Assembly (NCBI GenBank): GCA_012799635.1
Contig: JAAZKW010000034.1
Location: forward strand, 9,930 to 73,929
Reading direction: 5' to 3'
DNA: 64,000 bases
From: Mollicutes bacterium
GTDB taxonomy: Bacteria; Bacillota_I; Bacilli_A; RF39; UBA660
The translations under genes were made by a program, and so were the position numbers. The notes below the pieces were generated by a model. The model did not search any database. It was given only the letters and a program-made list of their open reading frames with translations, and was not told the origin of the DNA. This document shows, piece after piece, positions 50,109 through 60,479 of the stretch. Within the stretch, counting starts at the first letter, position 1; every line of letters begins with the position of its first letter.

Positions 50109-51174
50109 AAGTTATCTCCTTTACATCTAGTTCGACTTTATTAATTTGATCAAATCTTTTTACTATTTTATCTGATGTAATATTAATTTCATCAACGGAA
50201 GTATTTACAGCTTTTATATTTCTAGAAAGTTTATCCCAACGATCTTTATACCTTGTAAATTCAACCCCTAATTTAGTTAATTCATTATGAATAACTTTTG
50301 CATATTTATCTCTTTCAATATTTTTAATAATCATTGAAATAGTAGATAAAGTTGCAATTAATGTAGTTGGACTTGTAATCCATACATTATTACTATAAGC
50401 ATAAGCAACTAAGTCTTCATGGTAGGCATTAATTTCGGCGAATATTGCTTCTGCTGGCAAAAACATTATTGCTTCATTTGTTGTTACTCCGGGAATGATA
50501 TATTTATTTTTAATATCATCAATATGTTTTTTAACATCTGTAACGAACATTTTTTCTGCAGCTGCTCTTTCTTCTTTAGAAGCTGATTTATCAGTCATTT
50601 TTTGATAATTTTCTAAAGGAAACTTACTATCTATGGCAATTGTTCCCAAAGGAGCTGGAGCATATAATATTGCATCCACAATATAACCGTTTTCTAATTT
50701 TTTTTGAATTTCATATATCCCATTTTTACTACTTCCAAAAGCATTATTTAAAATATATTCAAGATTCACTTCACCAAAAATACCCCTAGTCTTTTTATCA
50801 GTTAAAACGCTTTGTAAAGAAACTATATCCGTCGATAAAGAATCAATCTTCTTTTGAGCTTCATCAATCTTTTTAAGTCTTTCAATAACATCTAAAAAGG
50901 TTTTATTACTTTTTTCAAAGTTCTTATCCAATCTTTCATTAACAAAATCATTTATATAAGTAAGTTTTCTTTCAATATTATAAGTTAATTTTTCAAAATC
51001 ATTATTAATATTCTTATTAATATCAAATTTAAAATCTCCTAAATCCTTAGTGGTATCTTTTTGAAGTTGACTTATTCGGTCAATCATATCATTATTATTG
51101 TTCTTTTTAAAAAGTAAGATTATAAGAATAATAAGATTGATAACTATAAGTCCAATAATAATATAATTAATCAT
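50089..51174 (-). CDS. rmuC: DNA recombination protein RmuC
   Basis: N-terminal TM, coiled coil, then a RmuC-type nuclease-like C-terminus; 361 aa. Confidence 0.65.
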   Translation of the reverse strand: MINYIIIGLIVINLIILIILLFKKNNNNDMIDRISQLQKDTTKDLGDFKFDINKNINNDFEKLTYNIERKLTYINDFVNERLDKNFEKSNKTFLDVIERLKKIDEAQKKIDSLSTDIVSLQSVLTDKKTRGIFGEVNLEYILNNAFGSSKNGIYEIQKKLENGYIVDAILYAPAPLGTIAIDSKFPLENYQKMTDKSASKEERAAAEKMFVTDVKKHIDDIKNKYIIPGVTTNEAIMFLPAEAIFAEINAYHEDLVAYAYSNNVWITSPTTLIATLSTISMIIKNIERDKYAKVIHNELTKLGVEFTRYKDRWDKLSRNIKAVNTSVDEINITSDKIVKRFDQINKVELDVKEITYEEEKK

Positions 51175-51175
51175 T

Positions 51176-51601
51176 TTATCTTTTCCTTTTCTTTGCCCCT
51201 TTATTATTACAACGCCTTATTAATTTATTTAGAAAATCATTCATATTTTCTGGGCTTATATAAATTAGTTTTTCTTTTAGCTTAATACCAATTCTTTTTA
51301 CACTTGTAGCAAAGCTAAATTTATAATTATCAGTTATAAAACATTTTTCAATATCTTTAAACTCAAGTTTTTTACTAAAAGGGCCTATTTTGATAATAAT
51401 ATAATCTTTTTCAAAAATATAATATCTATTAAAATATAAAATATATAAGAAAATTAATATTAACATTAGAAATAAAGCTACTATTACATAAACCATATTA
51501 ACATGAAAGAAAAAGATAATTCCTAGTAATAAAAAGCAGATAATAAAATATAAATTACCTATAACATAATAAAAAGTATCCATTCGATTTTTTATTTTCA
51601 T
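51176..51601 (-). CDS. Bacterial PH-domain (bPH_2/YdbS-like) membrane protein
   Basis: Two TM helices followed by a roughly 80-aa PH-like domain. Confidence 0.45.
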   Translation of the reverse strand: MKIKNRMDTFYYVIGNLYFIICFLLLGIIFFFHVNMVYVIVALFLMLILIFLYILYFNRYYIFEKDYIIIKIGPFSKKLEFKDIEKCFITDNYKFSFATSVKRIGIKLKEKLIYISPENMNDFLNKLIRRCNNKGAKKRKR

Positions 51602-51660
51602 TTTTACCTCTTATAACATTGTAACAAAACTTTAATAAAAAGTCTTTAGTAATTATTTGT

Positions 51661-52149
51661 TTATGAACCACCACTAGCCCCTGAAGCTTCTTCTTCACTA
51701 CCTGTTGTTTCAGCTTTTTTTGCTTCAGCAATATATTCGTGACACCTTTTAGGATTAGTTAGACAATTAGTACAACGAGTAAAATCATTTTTAACATCTA
51801 CATAATCATTTATCATATTACCAAAGCCATTAATAATATCAGGAACAAAAAGAACCAAAAAGCCTATAATTAAACGTTGAATAAATTCAACAACAGCAGG
51901 TTTTATAGCATCATCACTACTTGTTATAGCTACAATTATACCCTTAATACCCTTGAAGATAATAATTATTGGAACCATGATTTTTAAAACAAGCAAGGTA
52001 TAAGATAATACTTTTAGGGATTCTAATACTGACTTTTGTTGACAAATTGTTTTTGATGTTACATCAGTCAAACATTTAACGTCAATACTAGTTATATGTA
52101 TAATAAAAATTATTAATAATGAATAAATAATGAACTTTCTTTTCTTCAT
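51661..52149 (-). CDS. Small membrane protein carrying a CxxC...C module; paralogous N-terminal module to 62268..63419
   Basis: KIMVPIIIIF...IIGFLVLFVPDII...TRCTNCLTNPKRCHEY, with an acidic Gly/Ser tail. Confidence 0.35.
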   Translation of the reverse strand: MKKRKFIIYSLLIIFIIHITSIDVKCLTDVTSKTICQQKSVLESLKVLSYTLLVLKIMVPIIIIFKGIKGIIVAITSSDDAIKPAVVEFIQRLIIGFLVLFVPDIINGFGNMINDYVDVKNDFTRCTNCLTNPKRCHEYIAEAKKAETTGSEEEASGASGGS

Positions 52150-52261
52150 AAAATACTACCTCACATTAATTATAACTATTTATCATCCTTAATACAAGTT
52201 TTTTAAATCATCCTTACAAAAAATTCTTTTTATTGTATAATGTATTATATATGGAGTTCTT

Positions 52262-53206
52262 ATGGCTAAAAGAAGATATAAACTTAAAAAAAATGTAAAA
52301 ATAGGTCTTATATTATTTGTTTTATTACTAGGAGTATTATACTTATATAATGACTTTAGATATAAATCAACATATGAATATAAACTTACTCAAATAGGAT
52401 ATTCTTTAAAAGAAGTAAAACTTTTAAAAGAAAATTTTAATGAAAATAAACTTGATTATTTGGTTTCAACTCAAAAAAAAGATACTATATTAATAGAGGT
52501 TTTAAAAAATACTTTTTATAAAAAAGAGAATCATGATCGTTATATTGATTATATTAATAAACATAAATATGATACTGATAAAGCAATAAATGAAGTAAAT
52601 ATTAATTTAGATTATCCTTTTTATAGCTTAAATATTAATACCGATATCAATAAAAAAAAGTTAATGATTGTTAATAAATATTATATATTAAATAGTGATT
52701 ATATACCTGAAAACCTTGTTAATGTATCATCTGATTATAGTTGGGGTACTAATAATCAATTAGATAAAGAAGCATTTGAAAACTTTAAAATTATGCATAC
52801 TAATGCTAAAGAAGATGGTATTTATTTAATGATTAATTCTGCTTATAGATCTTATAATGACCAAGAAAAAGTTTATAATCATTTTAAAAATAAGTATAAT
52901 GAAGAAGACGCTGATAAATTAGCAGCTAGACCTGGTTCATCAGAACATCAGACAGGTCTTGCGATTGATGTTTTTTCTACTAAAGATACTACAACAGGAA
53001 AATTTGCTACTTCAGAAACTTATCTATGGCTTAAGAATAATAGTTATAAATATGGCTATATTTTAAGATATCCTGAAGAAAAAGAAAACATAACTGGGTA
53101 TGTCTTTGAATCATGGCACTATCGATATGTAGGTATAAAGGATGCTAAAAAAATATATGATTTAAAAATTACTTTTGATGAATACTATGGAAACTATTTG
53201 TCTTGA
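52262..53206 (+). CDS. D-Ala-D-Ala carboxypeptidase VanY-like / peptidase M15B, membrane-anchored
   Basis: SAYRSY..., SEHQTGLAIDV, ESWHYRYVG are the Zn-binding M15 motifs. Confidence 0.8.
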   Translation: MAKRRYKLKKNVKIGLILFVLLLGVLYLYNDFRYKSTYEYKLTQIGYSLKEVKLLKENFNENKLDYLVSTQKKDTILIEVLKNTFYKKENHDRYIDYINKHKYDTDKAINEVNINLDYPFYSLNINTDINKKKLMIVNKYYILNSDYIPENLVNVSSDYSWGTNNQLDKEAFENFKIMHTNAKEDGIYLMINSAYRSYNDQEKVYNHFKNKYNEEDADKLAARPGSSEHQTGLAIDVFSTKDTTTGKFATSETYLWLKNNSYKYGYILRYPEEKENITGYVFESWHYRYVGIKDAKKIYDLKITFDEYYGNYLS

Positions 53207-53502
53207 TTTGAAATTATATTTAAAAGAATATCAAAATCATCATCATTTGCCATAATATTTCTTTTGATTTCCCCACATTTAACACATTTATAAACTATTT
53301 TATAACTATTTTTGTGTTTATCAATATTTATTGGTTTTAATATGCCATTACAATTATTTTGCCTATCTCCAGGATTATTATCAACATGTTTACCACAAAG
53401 ACAATAAGGACAATGATCCCTTGCAGTATATTTAAGTGACTCAACCTCTTTAAAACATACATCGCATATAAAATCTTCATCAATCATTTTAAATCTTTTC
53501 AT
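53194..53502 (-). CDS. RNHCP-domain Cys-rich small protein
   Basis: CDVC...RDHCPYCLCGKHVD...CVKCG matches the RNHCP(x)C Zn-ribbon pattern. Confidence 0.45.
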   Translation of the reverse strand: MKRFKMIDEDFICDVCFKEVESLKYTARDHCPYCLCGKHVDNNPGDRQNNCNGILKPINIDKHKNSYKIVYKCVKCGEIKRNIMANDDDFDILLNIISNQDK

Positions 53503-53570
53503 TATATACTATCACCAACTTTACTATAACAAAAATTTTTATAATTTACTAATATATAAAATATGATAAA

Positions 53571-54566
53571 ATGATAATAGAAAGGATAGCTCTTATGGTT
53601 AAAAAGTTAATTATACCTTTTATGTGTTCTTGTTTTTTACTAATTATATCTATTAATTTTAATGCAATTACTGACTATATAACAAAACAGATTGTTAGTC
53701 ACCAAATTGTTACTTTAAAAAATAATATATATTCTAAAAAAGAAGGATTTTTATATGTTCCAATAAGTAACGACATCATTCCATATTCATATAATGATTT
53801 ATTATCCGTTTTATTTTCAATTATTAACTCTGGTACCAAAAAGTTTACCTTTTATTGTCCTTCAGAATATAAAGATTGTATTAATGATTTAGAAAAAATT
53901 AGTAATGATGATATCATTCTTACTCATATAAATAATTTTGTTCATCCATATAATAGTTTTTCATCTTTTAATACAACAATATATGAAACTGGAGAAGTTG
54001 TTATTAAGATAGAACATTTATATAATAAAAAACAAATAAATGCTATTAATAAAAAAGTTAATAAAATTATTAAAGAACAAATAAATGAAGCTTTATCTGA
54101 TTATGATAAAATTAAAAAAATTCATGATTATATTATCAATACAACAAAATATGATGAATCTGCTAAAGAAGATGGTAAAATATATAATCATTCCAATATT
54201 GCTTATGGAGTATTATTTAATAATTTAGCTACTTGTAATGGTTATACCGATACCATGGCTATATTTTTAGATAAAATGGGTTATATCAACTATAAAATTG
54301 CCACAACCCCAAAAGAAATAACTTATAAGTCTTCAGGCCATGTTTGGAACGCAGTATCTGTTAATGATAAATGGTACCATATTGATTTGACTTGGGATGA
54401 TCCAGTTGGAGATGATGGCCAAGAATACTTACTACATGAATATTTTTTAGTTGATAATAAAGGCCTTCTTTCTTCGGATAGTGGCGATGTTAAAATTGAA
54501 GAACATAATTTTTTAAAAAATATTTATTTAGAATTTAATGAACTTACATATTCAATTACATCTTGA
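53571..54566 (+). CDS. Transglutaminase-like cysteine protease-fold protein, membrane-anchored
   Basis: Cys-His-Asp core: LATCNGYTD...SGHVWNAVSV...YHIDLTWDD. Confidence 0.7.
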   Translation: MIIERIALMVKKLIIPFMCSCFLLIISINFNAITDYITKQIVSHQIVTLKNNIYSKKEGFLYVPISNDIIPYSYNDLLSVLFSIINSGTKKFTFYCPSEYKDCINDLEKISNDDIILTHINNFVHPYNSFSSFNTTIYETGEVVIKIEHLYNKKQINAINKKVNKIIKEQINEALSDYDKIKKIHDYIINTTKYDESAKEDGKIYNHSNIAYGVLFNNLATCNGYTDTMAIFLDKMGYINYKIATTPKEITYKSSGHVWNAVSVNDKWYHIDLTWDDPVGDDGQEYLLHEYFLVDNKGLLSSDSGDVKIEEHNFLKNIYLEFNELTYSITS

Positions 54567-55372
54567 TATAAATTTTTAGATACATCAAACCATTTAATAT
54601 TCATTTGATTATTAAACCATGTATATTGTCTTTTTACATAGTTGCGCGTATGCTTTTTAATTAACTCTTTAGCTTCTTCTAAAGAGATTTCTTTTTCTAA
54701 ATACATAATTAACTCTTTATAACCAATTGCTCTTCTTAATATCTTACTAGTAGGATATTTTTTATATAGCGCTTTTACTTCTTCGAGTAAACCTTCTTTA
54801 AACATTTTATCTACCCGTTGATTACATTTATCATATAATTGTTCTCGGTCCATTTTTAGACCAATAAAGATTACATCATATAATAAATTCTCTGCTTTAA
54901 TAGGTTGATATGGCCTATTTAAAAAATTAATTAGTCTTACCCTATTATTTAAATTAATATCCATATTAGGATCCTTTTTTAAAGCTAAATCATATAATTC
55001 TTTATTTGTAAGATTTTGAAATATTTCAAAAGTACTTATTTTAGGGAATTCATATTCATAAAATAAAGCCTTAATATAAAGACCGGTTCCCCCGCATACA
55101 ATTATATTTTTATCTTTGTTATTATTTAAAATTTTTCTTGCTTCTAATTGATAGTCCATAACACTATATTCTTCATCGGGAGATTTTATATTTATCATAT
55201 GATGCTTTATTTCTTGCATCTGCTTTTTAGTTATTTTAGCACTTCCAATATTTAATTCTTTATAAATTTGAGTTGCATCAGCATTTATAATAAAAGCATT
55301 AAACTTTTTTGCAAGCCTAATACTTAAATCACTTTTACCAACACCAGTAGGACCCACAACACATATTATCAT
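54524..55372 (-). CDS. miaA: tRNA dimethylallyltransferase
   Basis: VVGPTGVGKSDLSIRLAKKF...INADATQIYKELNIGSAK. Confidence 0.9.
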   Translation of the reverse strand: MIICVVGPTGVGKSDLSIRLAKKFNAFIINADATQIYKELNIGSAKITKKQMQEIKHHMINIKSPDEEYSVMDYQLEARKILNNNKDKNIIVCGGTGLYIKALFYEYEFPKISTFEIFQNLTNKELYDLALKKDPNMDINLNNRVRLINFLNRPYQPIKAENLLYDVIFIGLKMDREQLYDKCNQRVDKMFKEGLLEEVKALYKKYPTSKILRRAIGYKELIMYLEKEISLEEAKELIKKHTRNYVKRQYTWFNNQMNIKWFDVSKNLYQDVIEYVSSLNSK

Positions 55373-55449
55373 TTAATCACTTCATTTCCTTTTTTATTAT
55401 AATATATATCCGTTTGACAAACAACTTTATTTTTTGGTATATTAATTTT

Positions 55450-56550
55450 ATGGAAAAAATAGGTATTATTTGTGAATATAATCCTTTTCATAATGGACAT
55501 TTACATCATATTAAAATGATTAAAAAAATGTATCCAAACGATATAATCATTTTGATTTTAAATGGTTATTTTTTACAAAGAGGAGAAATATCCATTTTAA
55601 ATAAAGAAGATAAAACTAAAATAGCTTTACAAAATAAGGTTGATCTTGTTGTTGAACTTCCAGTACTTTATGGAACCCAAAGTGCTGATAATTTTGCTTA
55701 TTATAGTATATTTATATTAAATGAACTTAAAATTGATAAACTAGTGTTTGGTAGTGAAACAAATGATGTTAATAATTTAAAAATAATAGCTGCCGAAGTA
55801 GAAAAAAGTAAATATAAAAATAAAATAAAATCCTATTTAAAAAAAGGATATAGTTATCCAGCTTCACTTAGTAAAGCATTAGGTCAAAATATTATTTATG
55901 GCCCAAATGATATTTTAGGTATATCGTATATTAAAGCTATTAATAAAATTAATAATAAAATTGAAGTAATAAGTATCAAAAGAACTAGTGATTATCTAGA
56001 TACATTAAGTGATGATAAGATAATTAGTGCTTCAAATATTAGAGAAAAACTTAAAAATAATATTGATATTAATACGTATTTACCAAAATCATCGTTAAAG
56101 GCAATTAAAAATATTGATTATGATTTATACTTTGATATCTTAAAGACAATTATTATTACCAACAATAATCTTCATGATATTTTAGATGTTGATGAAGGAA
56201 TAGAAAAACTTCTTAAAAAGGAAGTTGTTAAAGCAAATAACATTGATGATTTTATTCAAAGAGTTAAAACTAAAAGATATACCTATAATAAGATTAATCG
56301 AATGTTAGTTCACATTCTTCTTAATATTAAAAAAAGTGATACAAAATTAAAACCAAATTATATTAAAATTCTGGGATTTAATGATAAGGGTCAAAAACAT
56401 TTAAATGAAGCTAAAAAGAATATTAATCTAAAACTAAAAGTTATTAAAAATGATCCTTTATACCATTTAGAACTAAGAGCGGCAATTATATATGATTTAT
56501 TAACAAATGATACTTCATATAAAAAAGAGTTAGAAGCAAAACCTTTCTAA
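55450..56550 (+). CDS. tmcAL: tRNA(Met) cytidine acetate ligase (YlbM/UPF0348 nucleotidyltransferase family)
   Basis: MEKIGIICEYNPFHNGHLHHIK is the signature. The ORF-track TTG extension is the -35 (TTGACA) of its own promoter, with an extended -10 TGGTATATT. Confidence 0.75.
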   Translation: MEKIGIICEYNPFHNGHLHHIKMIKKMYPNDIIILILNGYFLQRGEISILNKEDKTKIALQNKVDLVVELPVLYGTQSADNFAYYSIFILNELKIDKLVFGSETNDVNNLKIIAAEVEKSKYKNKIKSYLKKGYSYPASLSKALGQNIIYGPNDILGISYIKAINKINNKIEVISIKRTSDYLDTLSDDKIISASNIREKLKNNIDINTYLPKSSLKAIKNIDYDLYFDILKTIIITNNNLHDILDVDEGIEKLLKKEVVKANNIDDFIQRVKTKRYTYNKINRMLVHILLNIKKSDTKLKPNYIKILGFNDKGQKHLNEAKKNINLKLKVIKNDPLYHLELRAAIIYDLLTNDTSYKKELEAKPF

Positions 56551-56554
56551 CTCT

Positions 56555-57397
56555 TTATTTAGTTTTAGTTGCTAAGTTATCTAATTCATATGAATTTTTA
56601 AGTTCTTCTAAAAAAAGCATTTCTTTTTCTAATTTAGAATTATTAGTAGTGTGCTGTGAAGATCCTTTCGTTGAATTATTTTCTCCCAGTAATGAACCAA
56701 AAGGAATCTCAGTAATATCAATGTTTATTAATCTTGAAGAACTTAATTTTATTATTAATTTTTCTAATTCATTTAAGCTTTCTTGACTAAACTTACTTCC
56801 TTGATACATTCTGATAAAAATTAATTGATATAAAATCGTTCCCCACGAACTATATAAATATCCTAAATGTTCTGTCGGTCTTTTTTTAAAGCTATATAGA
56901 CTTTCGGCAGAAAATTGTTTTTGATTAATTTTTTCATCAATTTCTTGCCAATTATGTTCCAATATAAGTTGTTGCAATTCTTCATTATTATGCATTTCAT
57001 TTTGATATGCTTCTTCAGGAAAAATAATTTTTTCTTTTGCAAAAATACTATTAATATCAAAGCCTTCCCTTATTTTTTTAGCATTTTTATCTGGTGTCGT
57101 TAAATCTATTTGATGGATGATATCATCGGCAATAACTCTAAGGCACTTTAACTTTAGCTTTTCATTTGCCAAAGATTGACAAAATTTTAATTCCACCACA
57201 TACATCCCACCATTATGAAGTATTTTTCTGTAAAAATTTATCTCCTCTTCTCTTATAATAGTTTCTGTTTCTGTCTTAATAAAGTTTTGAGTGTACCCAT
57301 CAGCAACAATTCTTTCTGATTCTTTATAATAATTTAAAAATTTTTTTATAACTTCATATTCATCATCAGAAATTGTATAACTATAATTACCCTCCAT
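56555..57397 (-). CDS. Hypothetical cytoplasmic protein (280 aa)
   Basis: ORF only. Confidence 0.3.
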   Translation of the reverse strand: MEGNYSYTISDDEYEVIKKFLNYYKESERIVADGYTQNFIKTETETIIREEEINFYRKILHNGGMYVVELKFCQSLANEKLKLKCLRVIADDIIHQIDLTTPDKNAKKIREGFDINSIFAKEKIIFPEEAYQNEMHNNEELQQLILEHNWQEIDEKINQKQFSAESLYSFKKRPTEHLGYLYSSWGTILYQLIFIRMYQGSKFSQESLNELEKLIIKLSSSRLINIDITEIPFGSLLGENNSTKGSSQHTTNNSKLEKEMLFLEELKNSYELDNLATKTK

Positions 57398-57448
57398 ATT
57401 AATCCTCCTTTAAATAAGATTTAACTATTTACAGTAATTTATTTCTTT

Positions 57449-57525
57449 TGGTGTCCTTGAAGGGATTCGAACCCCTGGCCTTTTGCACCGGAGGCAAACG
57501 CTCTATCCAGCTGAGCTACAAGGAC
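57449..57525 (-). tRNA. tRNA-Arg (anticodon CCG)
   Basis: Manual fold of the 77-nt sequence: acceptor GTCCTTG/CAAGGAC, D-arm GCTC-AGCTGGATA-GAGC, anticodon stem TTTGC/GCAAA with loop CTCCGGT, T-arm AGGGG-TTCGAAT-CCCTT, 3' ACCA. Confidence 0.9.
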
Positions 57526-57535
57526 AAAAAGATAA

Positions 57536-58642
57536 TTAAAACAATTTAATTATATCACTGATAGTAACAACAGCCATTAATAACATTATTAATGCAAAAC
57601 CAATTATATGTGCCATGCTTTCTATCCTAGAATCTAAAGGTTTTCCTATTATTTTTTCAATAATTAAAAATAAAATATGTCCACCATCAAATGCTGGAAA
57701 TGGTAATATATTAATAAAACCAACATTAATTGATAAGAAGGCTATAAGATATAAAACATACTTTATACCTTCTACAAAAGAATATTTAACAGTTTGTCCT
57801 ACTACTTCAAAAATACCAATGGGACCTGATAAAGCTGAAATAGATACTTTTCCTGATATTAATCCCCAAATTGTATAACACATTGAATCGATTAAAGCCC
57901 CAAATTTTTGAAAACCATACTTAATTGATTTTAAAAAGCCCTTAGTATCACTTGGTTTAATACTTATACCAATTATTTTCCTTTCTATTCCATTTTCATC
58001 TTTAATTTTTTCCGGTTTAATTTTATAAATATCCACAGTTTCATCTGAATGTTCTACCTTAAAAGTATGATAATTTTTTTTGTTTTTATAATACAAAATT
58101 ATCTGAGCTTTATCCCAATTACTAACCTTATAACCATTAATTTCTTTTATTAAATCACCTTTCTTAATATTAGCTTTAGCAGCAGGTGATCCTTCTAAGA
58201 CTTCTTCAACTACAGGCTTAATAGCAGTTCCAGGTGAAATATTTGCAAGAAAACTTATTATTATAATAGCAAGTATAAAGTTATTAATAACTCCCGATGC
58301 CAAAATAATAATTCTTTGCCACCAAGGTCGATTACACATAAGTCTTTCTTTAGGAACTTTTTTATCATCGTCATACACTTCACCAGCCATAGAAACAAAT
58401 CCACCAATTGGTATAACTCTAATATTATAAGTTATTCCATCTTTACCTTTACGAGTATAAATAATTGGACCCATACCAATAGAAAATTCATATATATATA
58501 CATTAAATTTCTTAGCCCATAAAAAATGGCCAAGTTCATGAACTAAAATAATAACTCCCAAAACAAAAGTCAATATAATAAATTTAAGTAAAAAAGTTCC
58601 AACATTTGCAAATGAACTTGTTAATAATAAATGTAACAACAT
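57536..58642 (-). CDS. rseP: Site-2 protease RseP/RasP (M50 zinc metalloprotease with a PDZ domain)
   Basis: HELGHF zinc motif in the first TM helix, a PDZ domain, and a second motif in a C-terminal TM helix. Confidence 0.85.
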   Translation of the reverse strand: MLLHLLLTSSFANVGTFLLKFIILTFVLGVIILVHELGHFLWAKKFNVYIYEFSIGMGPIIYTRKGKDGITYNIRVIPIGGFVSMAGEVYDDDKKVPKERLMCNRPWWQRIIILASGVINNFILAIIIISFLANISPGTAIKPVVEEVLEGSPAAKANIKKGDLIKEINGYKVSNWDKAQIILYYKNKKNYHTFKVEHSDETVDIYKIKPEKIKDENGIERKIIGISIKPSDTKGFLKSIKYGFQKFGALIDSMCYTIWGLISGKVSISALSGPIGIFEVVGQTVKYSFVEGIKYVLYLIAFLSINVGFINILPFPAFDGGHILFLIIEKIIGKPLDSRIESMAHIIGFALIMLLMAVVTISDIIKLF

Positions 58643-58652
58643 GTTTCCTCCT

Positions 58653-59444
58653 TTATAAGAATATTAATTTTAATACAACATACATAATTGAAACGAAAAG
58701 AACACTATCTATTCGGTCTAAAACGCCACCATGGCCAGGCATAATATTTGAAAAATCTTTAATATCATTTTCACGTTTCATCTTACTAAAAATTAAATCT
58801 CCTATTTGACCTATAACCGAAAGAATAATTGTCGCAATAACAAGTTTTAATGAAACATTACCAACTACTACTTTATAAAACAAAAGGGGTATAATCACTC
58901 CAAATATAGTTCCTCCAATTGCTCCTTCAAAGGTTTTACGAGGACTTATTTTAGGACACAATTTGTTTTTTCCAAAATATTTACCAGTAATCATTGCTGC
59001 TGTATCTGTAATGATGGGAATTAATATTAAAAAGATAAAAATCCCTAAACTAATATTTCTTGCAAAAATTAAAGAATTAAAACCCATACCTAAAAAAATT
59101 GTTGCGCCATATAAATACATAGCATCTGAAGTTTTATAAACATCATTTTTATACACTATCGTAGGAATAAATAAAGATAAAAATAAGCCTATTAAAATAA
59201 TGCTTGTAAGACCATATATATAATCACTATTAAAGTTATTATATGTTATAAAAAGTAATCCTGTCATTGAAAAAAGACATGGAATAAATGGAAGCATCTG
59301 ATGATGTTTTTTTAAATCAATTATCTCTTTAAAACCTAATATAGCAATAATACCTATAATAAAAGCATATATTGCTCCTCCAAAATATATAAACGGAATT
59401 AATATTGCGATTACAACAAATGCACTTATTACTCTAATTTTCAT
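58653..59444 (-). CDS. cdsA: Phosphatidate cytidylyltransferase
   Basis: C-terminal SPRKTFEGAIGG signature. The likely start is the internal MKIRVISAF. Confidence 0.85.
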   Translation of the reverse strand: MKIRVISAFVVIAILIPFIYFGGAIYAFIIGIIAILGFKEIIDLKKHHQMLPFIPCLFSMTGLLFITYNNFNSDYIYGLTSIILIGLFLSLFIPTIVYKNDVYKTSDAMYLYGATIFLGMGFNSLIFARNISLGIFIFLILIPIITDTAAMITGKYFGKNKLCPKISPRKTFEGAIGGTIFGVIIPLLFYKVVVGNVSLKLVIATIILSVIGQIGDLIFSKMKRENDIKDFSNIMPGHGGVLDRIDSVLFVSIMYVVLKLIFL

Positions 59445-59454
59445 TTTTACCTCT

Positions 59455-59880
59455 TCATAATTTATCATCAAAGTTGTTGACATCATCTACGTGAGATTCA
59501 ACTAATGCAATAAATCTTCTTTTATAACTAGCAACCTTTCTTTTTAAATCCTCTGCTTCACTTTCAATGTTTCCAGCTTTAACTAATGAATTATTAAGTA
59601 TTTTTGAGGCATTTCTTTTAGCTTCTTCGATAATTAGTTTTCCTTCGTTAATCGCAGCTCTTTGAGCATTAGCAGTAGCTTCTTGAGCAACTAAAAGAGT
59701 ATCATTTAATGATTTTTCTAAATTCTTATATTTTAAAAGATCATTTTTTAGATATTCTGCTTCTTTGGTACTATATTTTAATTTCTGTAAAATCTCATCA
59801 TACTCCTTTATTACAAGGGCGACAAAATCATTTACATCCTTTTTATTATAGCCTGAAAAACTAGTTCGAAACTTTTTCAT
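59455..59880 (-). CDS. DivIVA-domain protein
   Basis: N-terminal F..S..GY...VD.F......YE.L coiled-coil pattern; 141 aa. Confidence 0.6.
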   Translation of the reverse strand: MKKFRTSFSGYNKKDVNDFVALVIKEYDEILQKLKYSTKEAEYLKNDLLKYKNLEKSLNDTLLVAQEATANAQRAAINEGKLIIEEAKRNASKILNNSLVKAGNIESEAEDLKRKVASYKRRFIALVESHVDDVNNFDDKL

Positions 59881-59887
59881 TAGCCTC

Positions 59888-60301
59888 CTACAATTCTAAT
59901 TCATCATCACTTTCTTTATTTGAAATACTATCTGTGTCTTCTGATATTTTGCCTTGAACATTAAAGTTTTTCGGAGTACATAAATAAATACCAACCCCAA
60001 TTTTTTGCATCTCTCCTCCGATTGAATAAACACATCCACTTAAAAAATCAATAATTCTTTTAGCTTGTTCAGAAGTTACTCTCTTTAAATTAACAACAAC
60101 CCCATTACGACTTTTTAAATGATCAGCAATTTGCTGCGATTCAGAATAGGCTCTTGGTTCAAGAAGAATCATTTTGCTTCCTTTTTTATCGGTATCTTTT
60201 TCATATTCATCTTTACTAATTGAGTAAAAATCCTCTTCAATTTCATCTAGATTATCAGTTTTATCTTTGCCACCAAAAAACCCTTTAATACTAAAACCCA
60301 T
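59888..60301 (-). CDS. sepF: Cell division protein SepF
   Basis: ILLEPRAYSESQQIADHLKSRNGVVVNL...IDFLSG..YSIGG.... Confidence 0.8.
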   Translation of the reverse strand: MGFSIKGFFGGKDKTDNLDEIEEDFYSISKDEYEKDTDKKGSKMILLEPRAYSESQQIADHLKSRNGVVVNLKRVTSEQAKRIIDFLSGCVYSIGGEMQKIGVGIYLCTPKNFNVQGKISEDTDSISNKESDDELEL

Positions 60302-60479
60302 ATTATCCTCCTAGCATTCACAAATATATTTTAACAAAAAATTAGTGTATATGCAAGAAATTAATACATAATTATGCCCTATTTTTAAGCATTTTCGTTT
60401 GACTATTAACATGTTAAATGCTAGTATAGATAGCAACTATTTTAAATAAAGCCTACTACTTAAAGGAGATGTAATAACT

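Noticed and set aside
55414-55449. TTG-initiated N-terminal extension of tmcAL (MTNNFIFWYINF)
   Set aside because: The TTG is part of TTGACA, the -35 box, and an extended -10 TGGTATATT follows. Homologs start at MEKIGIICEYNPFHNGH.
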